A program made the translations under genes and the position numbers. From positions 61,814,001-61,878,000 of the forward strand of contig NC_043002.1 in the NCBI RefSeq assembly GCF_006345805.1: a DNA stretch of 64,000 bases. The letters are read 5' to 3'. This DNA is from Octopus sinensis. Lineage: Eukaryota. Of the stretch, positions 39,325-53,940 are shown piece by piece (position 1 is the first letter of the stretch; the number at the start of each line of letters is the position of its first letter). The notes under the pieces were generated by a model. The model did not search any database. It saw only the letters and a program-made list of their open reading frames with translations, and was not told the DNA's origin.

Positions 39325-39450
39325 TAAAGTACCGAGCCCTAAAGTAAGAAATTTAAAGTCGACCCTGGTATTTGAACTCAGAACATAAATGTTGACAAAA
39401 TTCTGCTAAGCATTTTGCACAGTGTGTTGATAATTCTGCTAGCACACCAA
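39325..39450 (-). mobile_element. SINE family B degenerate fragment
   Basis: AAAGTCGACCCTGG..TTTGAACTCAGAAC..GCTAAGCATTT..TTCTGCTAGC. Confidence 0.75.
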
Positions 39451-39889
39451 CTTATTAGCAAACCTAATCTTAGTTATAATAGTTACTTCGCAATTTAGTT
39501 GATAATAATCTACATTTTCCAATTATAAAATTTATGAATATGTTAATTCAGGAAGCATTTTCAGTTATATGAATATGTGCCAAAATTGATACATTTACTG
39601 CAATTAGCAATCACTTGTTATATTTCTAACTAATGGAAAGAAAGCTGATGTATTTGTTAATCACAAGATTACTGTAGAATGTAAAGTAGGGAAATTGCAG
39701 TGAAATCACAGCAAAAATGTGAGATACGTGATAGCAAGTTCTGCAGGACATACTTTTAAATATGTTTTGAACAAAGCGACGAGATGTGTGGAATATATAA
39801 ATCTAACTCATTAGAACATTTTAAACATTTCGTTAATGTCTCTCTCTACACATATATATACACACACACACACTCACACACACACACCA

Positions 39890-39920
<31 letters not shown>

Positions 39921-40094
39921 CATATATATACATATAGCTTATATATTCTTGGCTCATATCTAGTTGTCTACAAACTCAACACACAACATCACCTCTCTGC
40001 TTATGCCACTATTGTATGTCTACTCAACCTATGTGGATGTGAAAGAAAATACAGAGATAGTTCTCGGGGGGGGGTGCATATAATATATATATAT

Positions 40095-40139
<45 letters not shown>

Positions 40140-40974
40140 GGAGTGTGAGAGGGTATAAATGTGAGAAAAGAAGCTTAACTTTTAGACACCATACGTCACT
40201 CTGTTCAACTCCAGTGCCAGGTTCTTGTATACATGTGACTGCGTTCACTCTGTGGCAAGCATTGCAATGAGGTCTGAAATTAATCCAGAAGTCATGTTTT
40301 TTTTCTAGTTCCTCTTTGTCTATCTGTCTCTATTTCTTTATATGTTCATGTGTGTTGTGCTGGTGTGTGCATAGATATGCATACGTATGTGTGTGTTTGC
40401 ATGTGAGTGATTGCCCGTTGTCACCATGACATTTGCGTCCATCTCTGCTTGAAAATTTATCCATACACGAATGAAGACCAAAGTGAATGCGTAACTATAT
40501 AACATTCGAACTCAAACGTAATGGAATATATATTGTTAGCAGGGGAGCGAATCCCTACCATCCTCTAAGAGACAAAAGGATCGCGTATCTGACTCATTTC
40601 CGAGCTGATTGGCTCAACTTCAGTCGCGATTACAATATATTGCTAGTTGGAGGAATGTCCAGCTGAATTTGCTATCACGTATCTCACATATTTGCTATCA
40701 TTTTAGTGTAATTTCCCTACTTAACATTCTACTATAATCTTGTGATTAACAACTACATCTGCTACTTTCCATTACTTTCGATTGCTAATTGTAGAAAATG
40801 TATTAATTTTAGCACATAAACTAGTAGTAACATGGAGCAGTCATTTGCTGTAGCGACTAACTTTACTCGTTATTATATTTACTACTCTGATCTCTTCTTT
40901 AGATGTTATAGCTAGTATTTTGCTTATATTCATACACACACACACACACACACACACCAACACACACACACACG

Positions 40975-41078
<104 letters not shown>

Positions 41079-41469
41079 CTTGGGGCTAGCCAGACTGGAG
41101 TAATCTCAAGAATAATCAGCCGAAATTACGAGGATAATCTGGTGCTTCACTAAGAAAAGATAACTTCGAATGACCCGTCCTTGTTTTCTTTGTATCGTCT
41201 ATCTGGATGTTTTGTTCGCCCTTTTTGTATCATTTAGCTGTCCGGATGTTTGCTTTCTTGTCCCATTTTGTATTATATATATATATATATATATCTTCTT
41301 TTTTCTTTTCCTTTTGGACTTTCCTATGTCACCTGCTTCCTGCTTCCTAACAAGAGCTTAGCTTTAAACGACCCCTTTTTCTTTCCTTTTCTAAGAGTGT
41401 CCTTAATACTTTGCATGTACTGTGTCTTTTCGCTGTTGCTTTTTGTCTTTTCTATTAATCGTTTATATA

Positions 41470-41536
<67 letters not shown>

Positions 41537-42056
41537 AAAATCAAATAAATAGATTCAGAATTTTATTAGAGACAAAAACTAGGCTGTCGGTTTCTATTAT
41601 ATAAGGCAATTTATACTTACTGAGCGAGAAAAGTAAACTGAAAATAATTGAATGAAAGTTATCTTATATATTACATTTTCTTCCGGTACGATTACTATTA
41701 CTACTATTCAACAGCAATTAGAAGGAAATGAAATTTCAGCACCCTGTTATTTTTGTAAGGATGAATTTTATCTTTCAGAACTGGTAAAATAAAGAATAAT
41801 TTATTGTATTTCAATATATTTGCCCTTTTATTTCATCATGACTTAATTGTCATTATAGGTTGCAGGAAATGGTATCATATTTCGTTGACAATGTAACTAC
41901 TTTGTCAAATACATTGCCTCCTTTATGGTTATTTACATATACGCGTTTGAAACCATTTAGGACTTTTAATATAGCAAAATACAATATGATAGAAATATAG
42001 TATATTATACTATAATATAATACAATATTATATTATATAATTTAATGATACAATAA

Positions 42057-42108
<52 letters not shown>

Positions 42109-42149
42109 ATAGATAGATAGATAGATACACAAACACACACATATACACA

Positions 42150-42295
42150 TATATATATAGTTGGAATATATAAAAAAAAGAGTAGTGTGTAAACAACAAA
42201 CAGGTGTATTGGTTTTACGCTCGGGATGTGAGAAAGCATTTCACGTTTCGTGTCTACGCTCTTCAACAGAAAAGAACACAGAAAGAAGCAGAGAC
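42150..42295 (-). mobile_element. Penelope-type terminal repeat remnant (family of 13770) with hammerhead-like motif at 42241-42274
   Basis: Minus strand CTTTTCTGTTGAAGAGCGTAGACACGAAACGTGAAATG; ends in (TA)n. Confidence 0.75.
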
Positions 42296-42299
42296 ATAT

Positions 42300-42323
42300 G
42301 TAATAATAATAATAACAATAATA

Positions 42324-42391
<68 letters not shown>

Positions 42392-42422
42392 TATTATAAT
42401 AATAATAATAATAATAATAATG
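42300..42422. repeat. (AAT)n microsatellite
   Basis: Direct reading. Confidence 0.97.
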
Positions 42423-43332
42423 ATAAGCAAATAAAAAACCCTTCATAGAGATGTAAAATACACAACGCACTGGTGCAGCAATTGAATACCGCAGAGACAA
42501 GGGGGTATCAAGTATAAAATAGAAATATTAAATGAAATACAGAAATACTATCGACAAATTATCAATTTATTTATATTATAATATAGTATAATGTAATATA
42601 AAAAAAATGTAATAAAATATATGTAATACAACATAACAAAATTTTTAAAAGGCAACTTATAAATCCAACAGTTTTTTCGACTTGTATACATTCTTTGATT
42701 TACAAGATCTTATAACTGTGTATAAAAGTCTCTTCAGGTCCTTGGTTCAAAAGGCAGACGAAATTCCATGTAAAGGACAGACAAATTGCGAATATATACT
42801 AATTCAAATAACTATGTTTAGAAGCGTGAGCGTTAAAATTCAAATAATAAATAATAAATATGTAAATACATTTATGAATCCAATTTACATGGAATATTTT
42901 TTATCGTTTACAATATGTAAGGATTACAAAAACTGTTTTTTTTTTCAGAAATTGCATAAAAAATAGGCTTTGCTGATTTGGCGGCTTTACTGATTTGGGA
43001 AAGTTGGTGAGGGGTCAAAAAATAAAAATAATAACAAATAGGTCGCTTATTATAGAAAAGCAAAAGAAAATTCATCCTTTGCATGCAAACAAGGCGGTTA
43101 GAAACGTTTATAAGAATAAAATCTCTAAGTCTAAAAATATAAAATATTACAAATCGTATAAATACTGTAGGTCTATAAAATAAGCACAATGAAAGAAGAA
43201 CAAAATTCAAATGGTTAAAATACTTTAGCAAATAAAATTTATAACGGTCATAAATTGTTTTTATATATATTCAAGAATATCAATCTAAATGTATTCAAAT
43301 CGAAAATAATCACTGGCCATTTTAATAATATA

Positions 43333-43849
43333 CTAGCAGAGATACCCGGCGTTGCACGGTTATATTCAATTGAAGAATTAGACTTTTCTGTTATATTTTC
43401 TGTAATGAACTGGAGTATCTATGTTTCAGATTTCATCAAAATTGCAGATGAGGGTTATTTCCCTCTTTACACACCCTAAAAAAATTTGTAATCGTGACAC
43501 ATGTATCCCATACTACTGGTTTTTATGCGCATATTCCAAAATTCCAGTGTTATTGAACCTGTTAAAAATATTTTGCTCCTAAAAAATGAAGGTCATGGAG
43601 CTCTAAATTGTGAGAGTTAAGGCCCCTGTTGGGGGTGGGCATCTAAATGTCAACTAGAGAAGTTGAATTGTTGAAAATATTTTAAACTTATATCTATTGT
43701 TTGAATTTCTTTGAAATAGGAAATATATGTTCACTGGGGTTGTAAAAGAGAGCAAAGCTACAGGAAACCAAAAGACGAATGATCACAATAAGCAGTCAGT
43801 TACCCTACCCTAGTCGTTACTTGAAGTACCGGTTCAAGAACTATGTTAC

Positions 43850-43886
<37 letters not shown>

Positions 43887-44459
43887 CATATATATATGTG
43901 TGTATACACACAAACAAAAATATGAGACACTTCGTAGTGCTTTTTTTATATTTTGATAAGCCTGCTATTTATTCTATCAGTTTCTTCTTGTGAAACCAGT
44001 AAGTTATGGAGATGTAAATAAACGGACACTAGCTGTGAAGCAGTGATGAGGGAGAAACACGAAGAGACACACATAAACTTACATATACACATACATATAC
44101 ATACTATTGATTTCTTTCAGTTTCTGTCTAGGCTTTGGTTGGTCCGAGGCTATAGCAGAAGACACATGCCAAGTTACCACACAGCGGGACTGAACTGAGG
44201 ACCATGTGTTTTGGAACCAAGTTTGTTACCACACAGCCAAACCTGCACCTATGTATATGTGTGTGTGTGTGGGGGGTGGCTCGGTGTGTGTGTATGGGTG
44301 TATATATGTATGCTTGTATATATATGTGTACATATTACATGTACATCTATACAAACATCTAGACATACATGTTTACATATACATGTATATCTATAGAAAT
44401 ACATCTATACATATACATGTATACATATACAGCTATAAATATACATGTATATATATACA

Positions 44460-44542
<83 letters not shown>

Positions 44543-44720
44543 TAAACATTCTTTGCCCATATATATATAATTTAAACATTCTTTGCCCATGACACCCCTT
44601 GGACCCTAAGTAAGGTATGTGTAAATTTTGAAGGAAATTGGTTCTGTAGTTCTCACGTTTTAGGGACTCACAGAGACAGACAGACAGAAATAGAATATGA
44701 CAATCCAATATTTTTTATTC
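43333..44720 (-). mobile_element. Non-autonomous Helitron (possibly two partial copies) containing a SINE and TA expansions
   Basis: Minus-strand 3' end CCGTGCAACGCCGGGTATCTCTG-CTAG|T at 43333; (CTGT)n-bearing 5' region at ~44670-44690; similar core motif at both 43415-43445 and 44615-44650, so the ends may belong to different copies. Confidence 0.6.
44095..44250 (-). mobile_element. SINE family A 5' half
   Basis: GGCTTTGGTTGGTCCGAGGCTATAGCAGAAGACAC..GGGACTGAAC..TTACCACACAGCC. Confidence 0.85.
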
Positions 44721-44768
44721 TATATAAATATATATACGTATACACTTTCAAATATGGATGATTAATCA

Positions 44769-44799
<31 letters not shown>

Positions 44800-45250
44800 A
44801 TAATGTAATATAATGTATAATAATTATTCACGTATATTTATTGTTACTGATATAAACGATATTCTAAGTAACTAACAGGTAAAACGTCCGAATTACTCAG
44901 TTTATGAGAGGGAAAGCTCCGTAAAAAATAAACAGAAACATAGAGTTACGATAATTATAGACTTTATCATGTCTTAGATAGAGAGAAAATAGATTATAAA
45001 TAAAAGTATATCATATTTTAATTTATATTTTTACTAAGACTATGAGAAGGAACGAAATTAGATTAAGGCAATAGCTGTATACTAAATCGATTTATCAGAG
45101 TAAATGAAAGCTTATATATTTATAAATTAATTACTATTAATTAGCTAGAGAAAAATAACCGGGAATACATACTTGCAATATAAAATGTTTTGATCACAAT
45201 ATGGCATTATATAAAAACATTCACTTATTTTTTATTATCATCATTAATTA

Positions 45251-45299
<49 letters not shown>

Positions 45300-45308
<9 letters not shown>

Positions 45309-46549
45309 CCATGAAGGTATATATATTTTTTTGTGGTCATTGTTGCATTTTTTGCTAAGTCTGCATAATCTTATTTTTAGAAAATAATAATGGCAGGCCC
45401 TCAGTTTACGCTAGAAATGAAGAGGCATGCTGTTATTGTGGTTATGAAGGTTGAGCATGGCGATTTAAAAGTATTTCGAATTTTAAAAGTTTCCAGATCT
45501 TTCATCTACAAAGTTTAAAAGTAGCTAGAGAGTGAATATGGAAACGTTTCACCAGTATCAAAGTATAAAAATGCATCCTGAACACTCCTGAACTTATCAG
45601 AACACTTGAATTCTTCCAGCGAGTTCAACAGGCCATTGATTACAGTCAGAGAAAGTCCATGAGGTCAATTGCAAAAGATCTCCATATGTCAGAAGGAACA
45701 CTCAGAAATGTTGTCCACGAATACATCAGATATAAGTCTTATATGATGAGGAAAAGTCAGTTTGTCAGAAAAAGCATAAGAAAATCACTGCATCAGATCT
45801 AAAAGTTTCTTAAACAACTGAAAAATCCAACAATAGTAGCTTTGATTTGGTTTCCTCAACCGAGAAAAACTTCGACCAAGTTCAAAAGGTTAACAGAAGA
45901 AATGACAGAGAGTTATGTGCAGACACGTCTGAAGTTCCTAGTGTTGTTCGTACAAACTTTCCTGCAACAGTCATGGTTTTAGTAGTTGACGGCAATGAAG
46001 GATATGTGATGCCACATTACTTGTTTCCACGAGGACTTAGACTTAACTCTGCCGCATACATTGAGGTACTGCAAATAATTGTTAATACGTGGATAGATAG
46101 TGTATGCAATGGAAGCCATATGTGTTTCAGTAAGACTCTGCACTATCAATCATGGCTCTATTAGCACAGGAATGGATGGCTGAAAATTTTCAAGATCACA
46201 TAACCCCTAATATTTGGCCACCTAATTCCCCATTGCATTATTACATATCGAGCGTTGTAGAGAGAGATGTCAATGAAGACACCTCTAATACTGATGATTC
46301 TTTGAAAGCTGCCATAGTTGCTTTCAAAATGAACAGGGACCACTTGATTCGAGCATGTAGATAATTTAGATCTGATATAGAAGCAGTTTTTTAAGCTGAA
46401 AATGAGTTTACTGAATAACATTATAGAAAAGAAGGTTTATTTTTATCCCCATACCTTATTTGATAAATAAGTTGATTATCTGTTATTACATATCTGTTTT
46501 CTTTTTTTATCAACATAAATATGTCCTCAAATATCTTACGCACTCTGTA
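45300..46549 (+). mobile_element. Tc1/mariner-superfamily DNA transposon relic (maT/DD37D-like)
   Basis: Right terminus ..CTTACGCACTCTG-TA resembles a CAGGGTG-type TIR plus TA; left TIR not recognisable, left limit approximate. Confidence 0.75.
45390..46419 (+). pseudogene. Decayed transposase
   Basis: MAGPQFTLEMKRHAV..; HTH region RKSMRSIAKDLHMSEGTLRNVVHE; F.STEKNFDQVQKVNRRNDR (first D region, FSDEKNF-like); FQ*DSA (second D); WPPNSP..LHYY (third D region with deletion). DD37D spacing is inferred, not countable in this copy. Confidence 0.88.
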
Positions 46550-47659
46550 GATATGTATTTCACTTGTTCATTTCGAGTCTAATAATCGGGAGTAAATTCT
46601 ATTTTCTAAGCAAAATGAGAGGACAAAAGAATAATTGATTCCCTCATGAACCAATTAAACTACACATCATATTCGAGGCTCCGATATAGCTATAAAGTGA
46701 TATTCAGGCACTCAACTATGAGTCCACTGCATCTAATAGCAGTAACAGCTGTATACTCATGAAGGTGATATGATAAAATTTTATTCTTTTTCATCTCATT
46801 TTCTTTTACACACACACACACGCACACATTGTTTAAAGCTTAAGAGCAATTCAAAGCGAATTAGAATTTATACCAGTGTAAGTCGGCTGTCACAGCTATA
46901 AACATATTGAATTTTCATATTCTATACACGCTATCATTAGTGTTTTGTAAGGAATTTCTTCTAAATCTCCGTTTTGTATGGTTGCTCTGCATTGAATATT
47001 CCATTGCCGTTTCCGAATCGCATTTCATTATTATCAGTTCCCTAAGCATTTTATACATATACACACATATTTCTCGTGCGTTATCCATATTGCCTTGAAC
47101 TAGAAGTCTATATATTTCATCCTTTTTCAAGACACAGCTATCTTTTAAAATTCTATTCATTTATAAATACAGTTAATTCGATTTAATATGTACTTTTACA
47201 GCAGAAATCCCTCTGATTCTCTACAGTTCTCTAAGTAATGCCTCTGCATTATTCCAACTTAGATAAGTTTCTAACCTGCAACGGAATTTGTTAAAGTATG
47301 TCTTTAAAGAATGATCATTTATTATTCTATCTTGGATAACGCAAGTACCACTTATGTAAGGGAGCCAATATAATCGGTAATTTCTCTATCTCGTATCCTT
47401 TTAAAATGGAAAATAGGATAAAATCTTGGAATGTTTTCGTCTCAAGTACGCTTTTTACGATTATACCAAGTGGTTCCCATTTCAAACCCCCATTTATGAC
47501 AAACCCCTAACTTCCAACTTCATGTATATTGGCCATGCCTCCATATCTTCTCACCATACACATACTATCTCAAATTGTTTGTTACTAGTGCTTCATTTTG
47601 AATTGCTATATTAAGGCTCTCTGTTACTTTTTTCTATTACCATTTTCTCAAGCAATATA

Positions 47660-48186
47660 CATCCTCATTTTTGTTAGGCTAGTGCATGCTAATTTATTTA
47701 GCAGGCACTTTATCTTGACGTTTGGTTACAACAAGTCTCCTAAAACCTCAAGAATCGTCCTTAGGATTCTTTCAGAGTACAGGATGGAACTATTTCTGGA
47801 GGTCTATGATGTGAATTTCAATTCCAATCATTTTCAATCTTTCAGGCAACATTCTGTGTCGTATTAAGTATCTCAGTTACTACAGGAATGATTGTTCTGG
47901 ATTTCTCTGTCTTTTGAAGTCTTTGGCTAGGTTTTAATCTATTCCAATTTCTTCAGTGTCTTTTGAGTCGACTCTGATATCTTAAGGGATGCAAAATGTA
48001 TGAAATTACATTCTTTGCTCATTTTACCGATCATATTTTGTCGTCTTGCTTCAATAGTTGTGGTCACTTTTCGTAAGGAAATCCCACATGATCTTGTAGT
48101 TCTCATTTTCTATCACAGCTTCTGGCTCGTGTTGTTTTCTGTTGCTTGGAAGCCACATTCTCGGTTAACATCCCAATGAATTGCCT
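47660..48186 (-). mobile_element. R4/Dong LINE 3' fragment (RLE domain and ORF end)
   Basis: Minus strand AIHWDV..EPEAVIENENYKIMWDF..IEARRQNMI..; terminal LYSERILRTILE. Confidence 0.8.
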
Positions 48187-48189
48187 TCA

Positions 48190-48960
48190 ATCCCATATCG
48201 GATTCGATGAGAAGTCAAACAGCACGTTGAATAAGGTGTAAGTAGAACTGACGTGTGCAATTGAATCACAAGGCAACTTTACAAGGAGACTCATTCTCTC
48301 CGTTATTCTTCGTCCTTCCTTACAAGTATACGGAGAAAATCCAGGCTTGTCTATGTATCTACAAAACTCATGATGAGTATAAATCACCTATTTTGTAAAG
48401 ACACCATAAGTTATAGAGAAAACGTACGACAAACCTTGATATTTTAATCCAACCAATGATGGTATGCAGTAAAGGTATTGGAATGGAGTTTGGGCTACTT
48501 AAGTGCACAGTACTAATTATAAAGAAAAGCCAGAAGGTAATGTCTTCTGGCATAAACTAACCACATTGCAACATCATTTTATCGCTGTGGAATACTGAGT
48601 GTTAGACAATAGGATAACGGAAAGAGAAATAAGAGAGAAAATATCTGAAGAGTACAAGAGAATTATGAAGGTCGAAACGAAACTAAATGGAGAGAATTCT
48701 AATTAAGCCATAAATACATGGGCTGGTCCCCTTACTGATAAATTCTGCTCCCTTGCTGAAATGGACAACGTTTGAGGTACAGAAATTGGATAAAAGAACT
48801 AAAAAGTTGCTCACAATGCATAATGTACTCCAACCAAGAAGAACCACCCCCCAACCTTGCCTGTGAAGAAAGAAAAGAGGCAGAGGATTATCAAAGGCCG
48901 AAGGCATTGTTAATGCTGCGATACTGAGTCTGAAAAATTATTGTCCAGAGTTAAGAAAAA
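48190..48960 (+). mobile_element. R4/Dong LINE RT/thumb fragment, opposite orientation
   Basis: QGDSFSPLFFVL (48266-48301), INHLF, GMEFGLLKCTVL, AINTWA, LDKRTKKLLTMHNVL, RGRGL. Confidence 0.85.
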
Positions 48961-49276
48961 ATATTATCAGTAACCAGAGATTGCACAAAAGTGATCGACA
49001 TAGTAGGAATAGTCATAGAGAATAACAATAGAATAAACCTTGGAAGAACAACAGAGTAAACAAATAGAAAGAAATGGAACCTCATTTTCAAATCAGGCGA
49101 CAAAATATGAATGTTGGAAATTATTATTATATCTTTCATATTTGACTTTTCCTCTTTTTCTTTTGAAAACACCCTTACGAAAACTTTAAATAATTTGTAC
49201 CTCCACCAGTCTCTATGAATAATAGAAACATCATGTTGCTGTTACTGTTCTTATTATTATTGTTATAATTATTATT

Positions 49277-49675
49277 GAGTGAGAGAGCAGTGCATGCAAT
49301 CCAAGTAGCACGGGAGTGCAACTATACGAATCCCAATATAACCATCATGTCTACTCATCTGATAAGGCTAAAACAGGCACATGCATCACAGCCACATGTG
49401 CGTGACAAGCTGATCTTATATCAAGATAAACAGCGTATGGCCTTGCAGGTGGAGCGAAGTTAGAATTTTCTTCAGTCGAGTATCCCTTCTTGCACTAAAA
49501 GTCTCTGAATAAGGTTTGTTTTTAGGATGTTGAACGAAACACCCATGTTTCCAGAGGTGAATTATTCAAACTCCAAAGAATTCCTCTCAACACATGGCTA
49601 TGATGCTCTCCCCACTATTTCTGCTCGTTATCAAGAGATGCACATATCGTCATCACAAAGGGAGATGCCCAACTG
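49277..49675 (-). mobile_element. Partial copy of the 554-bp (AAT)n-associated element
   Basis: Collinear reverse complement of ~52445-52841; same end abutting (TTA)n. Confidence 0.9.
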
Positions 49676-49837
49676 CTTCTTCTTCTTCTTCTTCTTCTTC
49701 TTCTTCTTCTTCTTCTTCTTCTTCTTCTTCTTCTTCTTCTTCTTCCTCTTGTTCCTCCTCCTCCTCTTCCTTATCTTCTTCTTTTTCTTCTTCTTCTTCT
49801 TTTCTTCTTCCTCTTGTTCATCATATTCTTCTTCTTC

Positions 49838-49911
<74 letters not shown>
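49676..49911. repeat. (TTC)n then (TTA)n microsatellites
   Basis: Direct reading. Confidence 0.97.
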
Positions 49912-50036
49912 GTTCTTGCCTTTGCACAGCTTCTAATGCTGCAGATGTACTACAGTGTCAGCTGTTTACTACCAGTGAACTAAGGTAACGCCCCTTATTT
50001 TTCGGACATCTTCCGGAGTATCCGAGCAGTTCCAAG

Positions 50037-50037
<1 letters not shown>
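49912..50037 (-). mobile_element. Very short 5'-truncated R4/Dong copy in (AAT)n
   Basis: Minus strand starts LGTARILRK (Dong C-terminal motif) then a short 3' end; (AAT)n on both sides. Confidence 0.8.
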
Positions 50038-50093
<56 letters not shown>

Positions 50094-50864
50094 CATCATC
50101 ATCATCATTATTATCAATACCATTTCATTATCATCATCATTATCACCAGCATACACATCATCGTCATGTTCGTCAGCATTATCATCATTAATATTCTCGT
50201 TATTACCATTCTAATCATCATCTCCATCATTTAAAGTTGCAGTAGAAACACTATCTGCACCATGCCCGTTTACGTCCATTTGTCGTGTTGTTTCTTTTTG
50301 GCTGGTTTTACTTGAAAGATGGTCAGACAAGTAACCTAAGGTCTCGGATTTTACGTTCGCATACTTTTCTCATTATTCAAGTTAGTTGTTCTAAGTAAAA
50401 CAGTCATTTGGAATTATGCCAATCTCATTTTCTATCCGAGCCGATGGCTAACATCTTTTGAACTTTTAACACAAAATATATAGTTTCTCCATTGCGAATT
50501 GTCTTACTTGTTTGTAAACTGTTCAATCACGTCTTCAAAATCTAGTCATAATAGATTATATATCGGTGATGGCGTAGCTGCTGCGCAAATATAGATAATT
50601 AGATATACACGCGCGTTATCTAGCAACTTAATGAAAGATTCAAACGAAGCCAATCGGCTGATTAGTAAATATACTCTCACAATCTTTACTAAACCATTAG
50701 CTGACAGGAAGAGATGGGGCCCTCTACCGAAACTACGAGTTATTTGATCTGCTATAAATGCAGCAGTTAAGTCTAACCACAGCTCATCATTATCTAGATC
50801 TTTATTTATTTGTCAATAACTATTCTGAACTTCAAAAATAACTTCATGCTTTTTATCTTATTTC

Positions 50865-51298
50865 TTTATTGCCCTCAAGGGGCGATAAAGAAACACAGAA
50901 GGGCCAAATAAGGACAGACAAAGGGATTAAGTCGATTACATCGACAACAGTGCGTAAATGGTACTTAATTTATCGACCCCGAAAGGATGAAAGGCAAAGT
51001 TGACGTCGGCGGAATTTGAACTCAGAACGTAACGGCAGACGAAATACCGCTAAGCATTTCGCCCGGAGTGCTAACGTTTCTTATTTCTTTATTGCCCACA
51101 AGGGGCTAAACATTCAGGGGACAAACAAGGATAGACAAACGGATTAAGTCGATTACATCGACCCCAGTGCGTAAATAGTACTTAACTTGTTGAATGTATG
51201 AGAAGCAAAGTCGACCTCGGCGGAATTTGAACTCAGAACATAACGGCAAACGAAATACCGTTAAGCATTTCGCCCGTCCTGCTAACGTTTCTGCCAAA
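50865..51298 (-). mobile_element. SINE family B head-to-tail dimer (tail variant 1)
   Basis: Two collinear units 50865-51080 and 51080-51298. Confidence 0.92.
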
Positions 51299-51972
51299 TC
51301 GATGTATTTTTTGTCTATTTATATCCATATCGTTTTCTTTTGTTTTTATATTGCATATTTTCTCATTCCATGATAAATCCTAATATTTTTGTAACCACTT
51401 AGTTCGTATATGATATATATATGCAATGAATATAATCTTTCTCTAACAGTTCTTGGACCATATATTCTTAACGCCCATATTATCTTACTTTCCTATCGTA
51501 TCTTCATCATTTGCTAAGATTGTATTTGGGAAAACGAAAATTCTGAAATGGTATCAAGAAAAATTATTACCTTAAACATATATATCTCAGATTTAAATAA
51601 TTAATAACGGAATGCTTATGGACAATATTTCCTAATCATTTCTTTCACTTGTGGATTATATATCGTTTTCAATTCATTAAGCCGATATGTTTGTACGCCT
51701 ATGTTTGGTTTAATTCCATTATCACTATTTTTACTGATTACGCTAGCAACGAGATGTTTCTTATTAATTTCGTTTCTCTTAGTCATGTCATTGTAAAGCG
51801 TTCTAGAATAACTTTAAACCTAATTCCTTTCTTGAATTCGTTTTGTGTATAAAAGAAATTCTCTTGTAGTCGGTCGTCAGTTAGTTATAATTTTCAGTTT
51901 CCCACTCGCCAGTATAATGAATTTTTTATCCTTACTGCAAGATTCCGAGTTCGATTCCAGACTGTGACCTGA

Positions 51973-52892
<920 letters not shown>

Positions 52893-52893
<1 letters not shown>

Positions 52894-53697
52894 CCTACCA
52901 ACAAGAAACTACCAGGCCAACATATTAAAGAACGGCAGTAGCCCAACATGTCGTGTATGCCGACAACAAAATGAAACCATTGATCATGTCTCCAAATGCA
53001 GTCTTCTAGCGCCTACAGAGTACCTCAACAGGCATGATAGAGCTGCACAATATATTCACTGGGTAATCTGCAAAAACCTGGATTTGCCCCATGAAAAAAA
53101 CTGGTGGGAACACGATCCACCTCCAGTGCTTGAAAATGACCACATCTCACTCCTCTGGAACTTCACTATTCAAACTGACAGCAAGATAGATGCAAATAGG
53201 CCAGACATCATATTGAAAGACTTCAGACAAAGAACATGCCTCCTCATTGATATGACTGTCCCAATCGATATAAACGTATCTGTCAAGACCTACCAAAAAC
53301 TGAGCAAATATAAAGATCTTGAAATAGAAATCAGTAAAATGTGGAACCTGAAGACTAAAACAAAACCTGTTGTCATTGGGAATGATAGCGAAAGGGGCTG
53401 ATTGCTACCTAACTCAGATACCAGGAAACCCCAAAATGGCAGAAATTCAAAAGATAATGCTCATGGGAACTGCTCATATCCTACGCAAAATACTCTCTAT
53501 GTAATCCCAAGGTTTAAAACAACCTTTTTTTTTTAAATTTATGTATTAGACATTCACTAGTACAACACCAAAAAGAACCCAAATATATGGCACACTAGGC
53601 ATAACAACAACGTGAACTTCCAACCTGTTGTCTTGAGGTTTCTGGGTGAGGCTTGGAGCCAACTTGTACAGACATAAAGCAAAAGTCAAACATGGAA
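52893..53697 (+). mobile_element. 5'-truncated R4/Dong LINE with zinc knuckle, RLE domain and 3' UTR, flanked by (AAT)n
   Basis: CRVC..ETIDHV..C knuckle (52949), RHD..IHW.IC, LLWNFTIQTD..NRPDII, LLIDMTVP.D, KYKDL, LMGTAHILRKILSM* (stop 53502-53504). Confidence 0.95.
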
Positions 53698-53699
53698 TA

Positions 53700-53759
<60 letters not shown>

Positions 53760-53789
53760 TAATAATAATAATAATAATGATTACAACAA

Positions 53790-53940
53790 CAACAACATCG
53801 AAAAATACATTAGGAATGAGAACCCTGGTTCGAAATTTCCCCAAGACACGTGATGAAGTCTGAGGGTATATCAGCCGAAACGCTGTGTTAACAACAAAGA
53901 AGATGAGACCAAATATCCGTCAAATGTAAATAATGTATAT
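53790..53940 (+). mobile_element. Penelope-type terminal repeat with hammerhead-like motif at 53846-53890
   Basis: ACAC GTGATGA A GTCTG AGGGTATAT CAGCC GAAAC GCT GTGT; same family as 715-845. Confidence 0.7.

Noticed and set aside
44537-44590. 20-bp direct repeat TTTAAACATTCTTTGCCCAT separated by (TA)n
   Set aside because: Most simply a slippage duplication next to a microsatellite.
50701-50741. CTGACA-GGAAGAG..CTCTACC-GAAAC hammerhead look-alike
   Set aside because: Core lacks G8 and no helix I can be drawn.
51925-51970. B-box-like GAGTTCGATTCC (similar motif on minus near 19755)
   Set aside because: Isolated box without supportable tRNA structure or a family match in the window.
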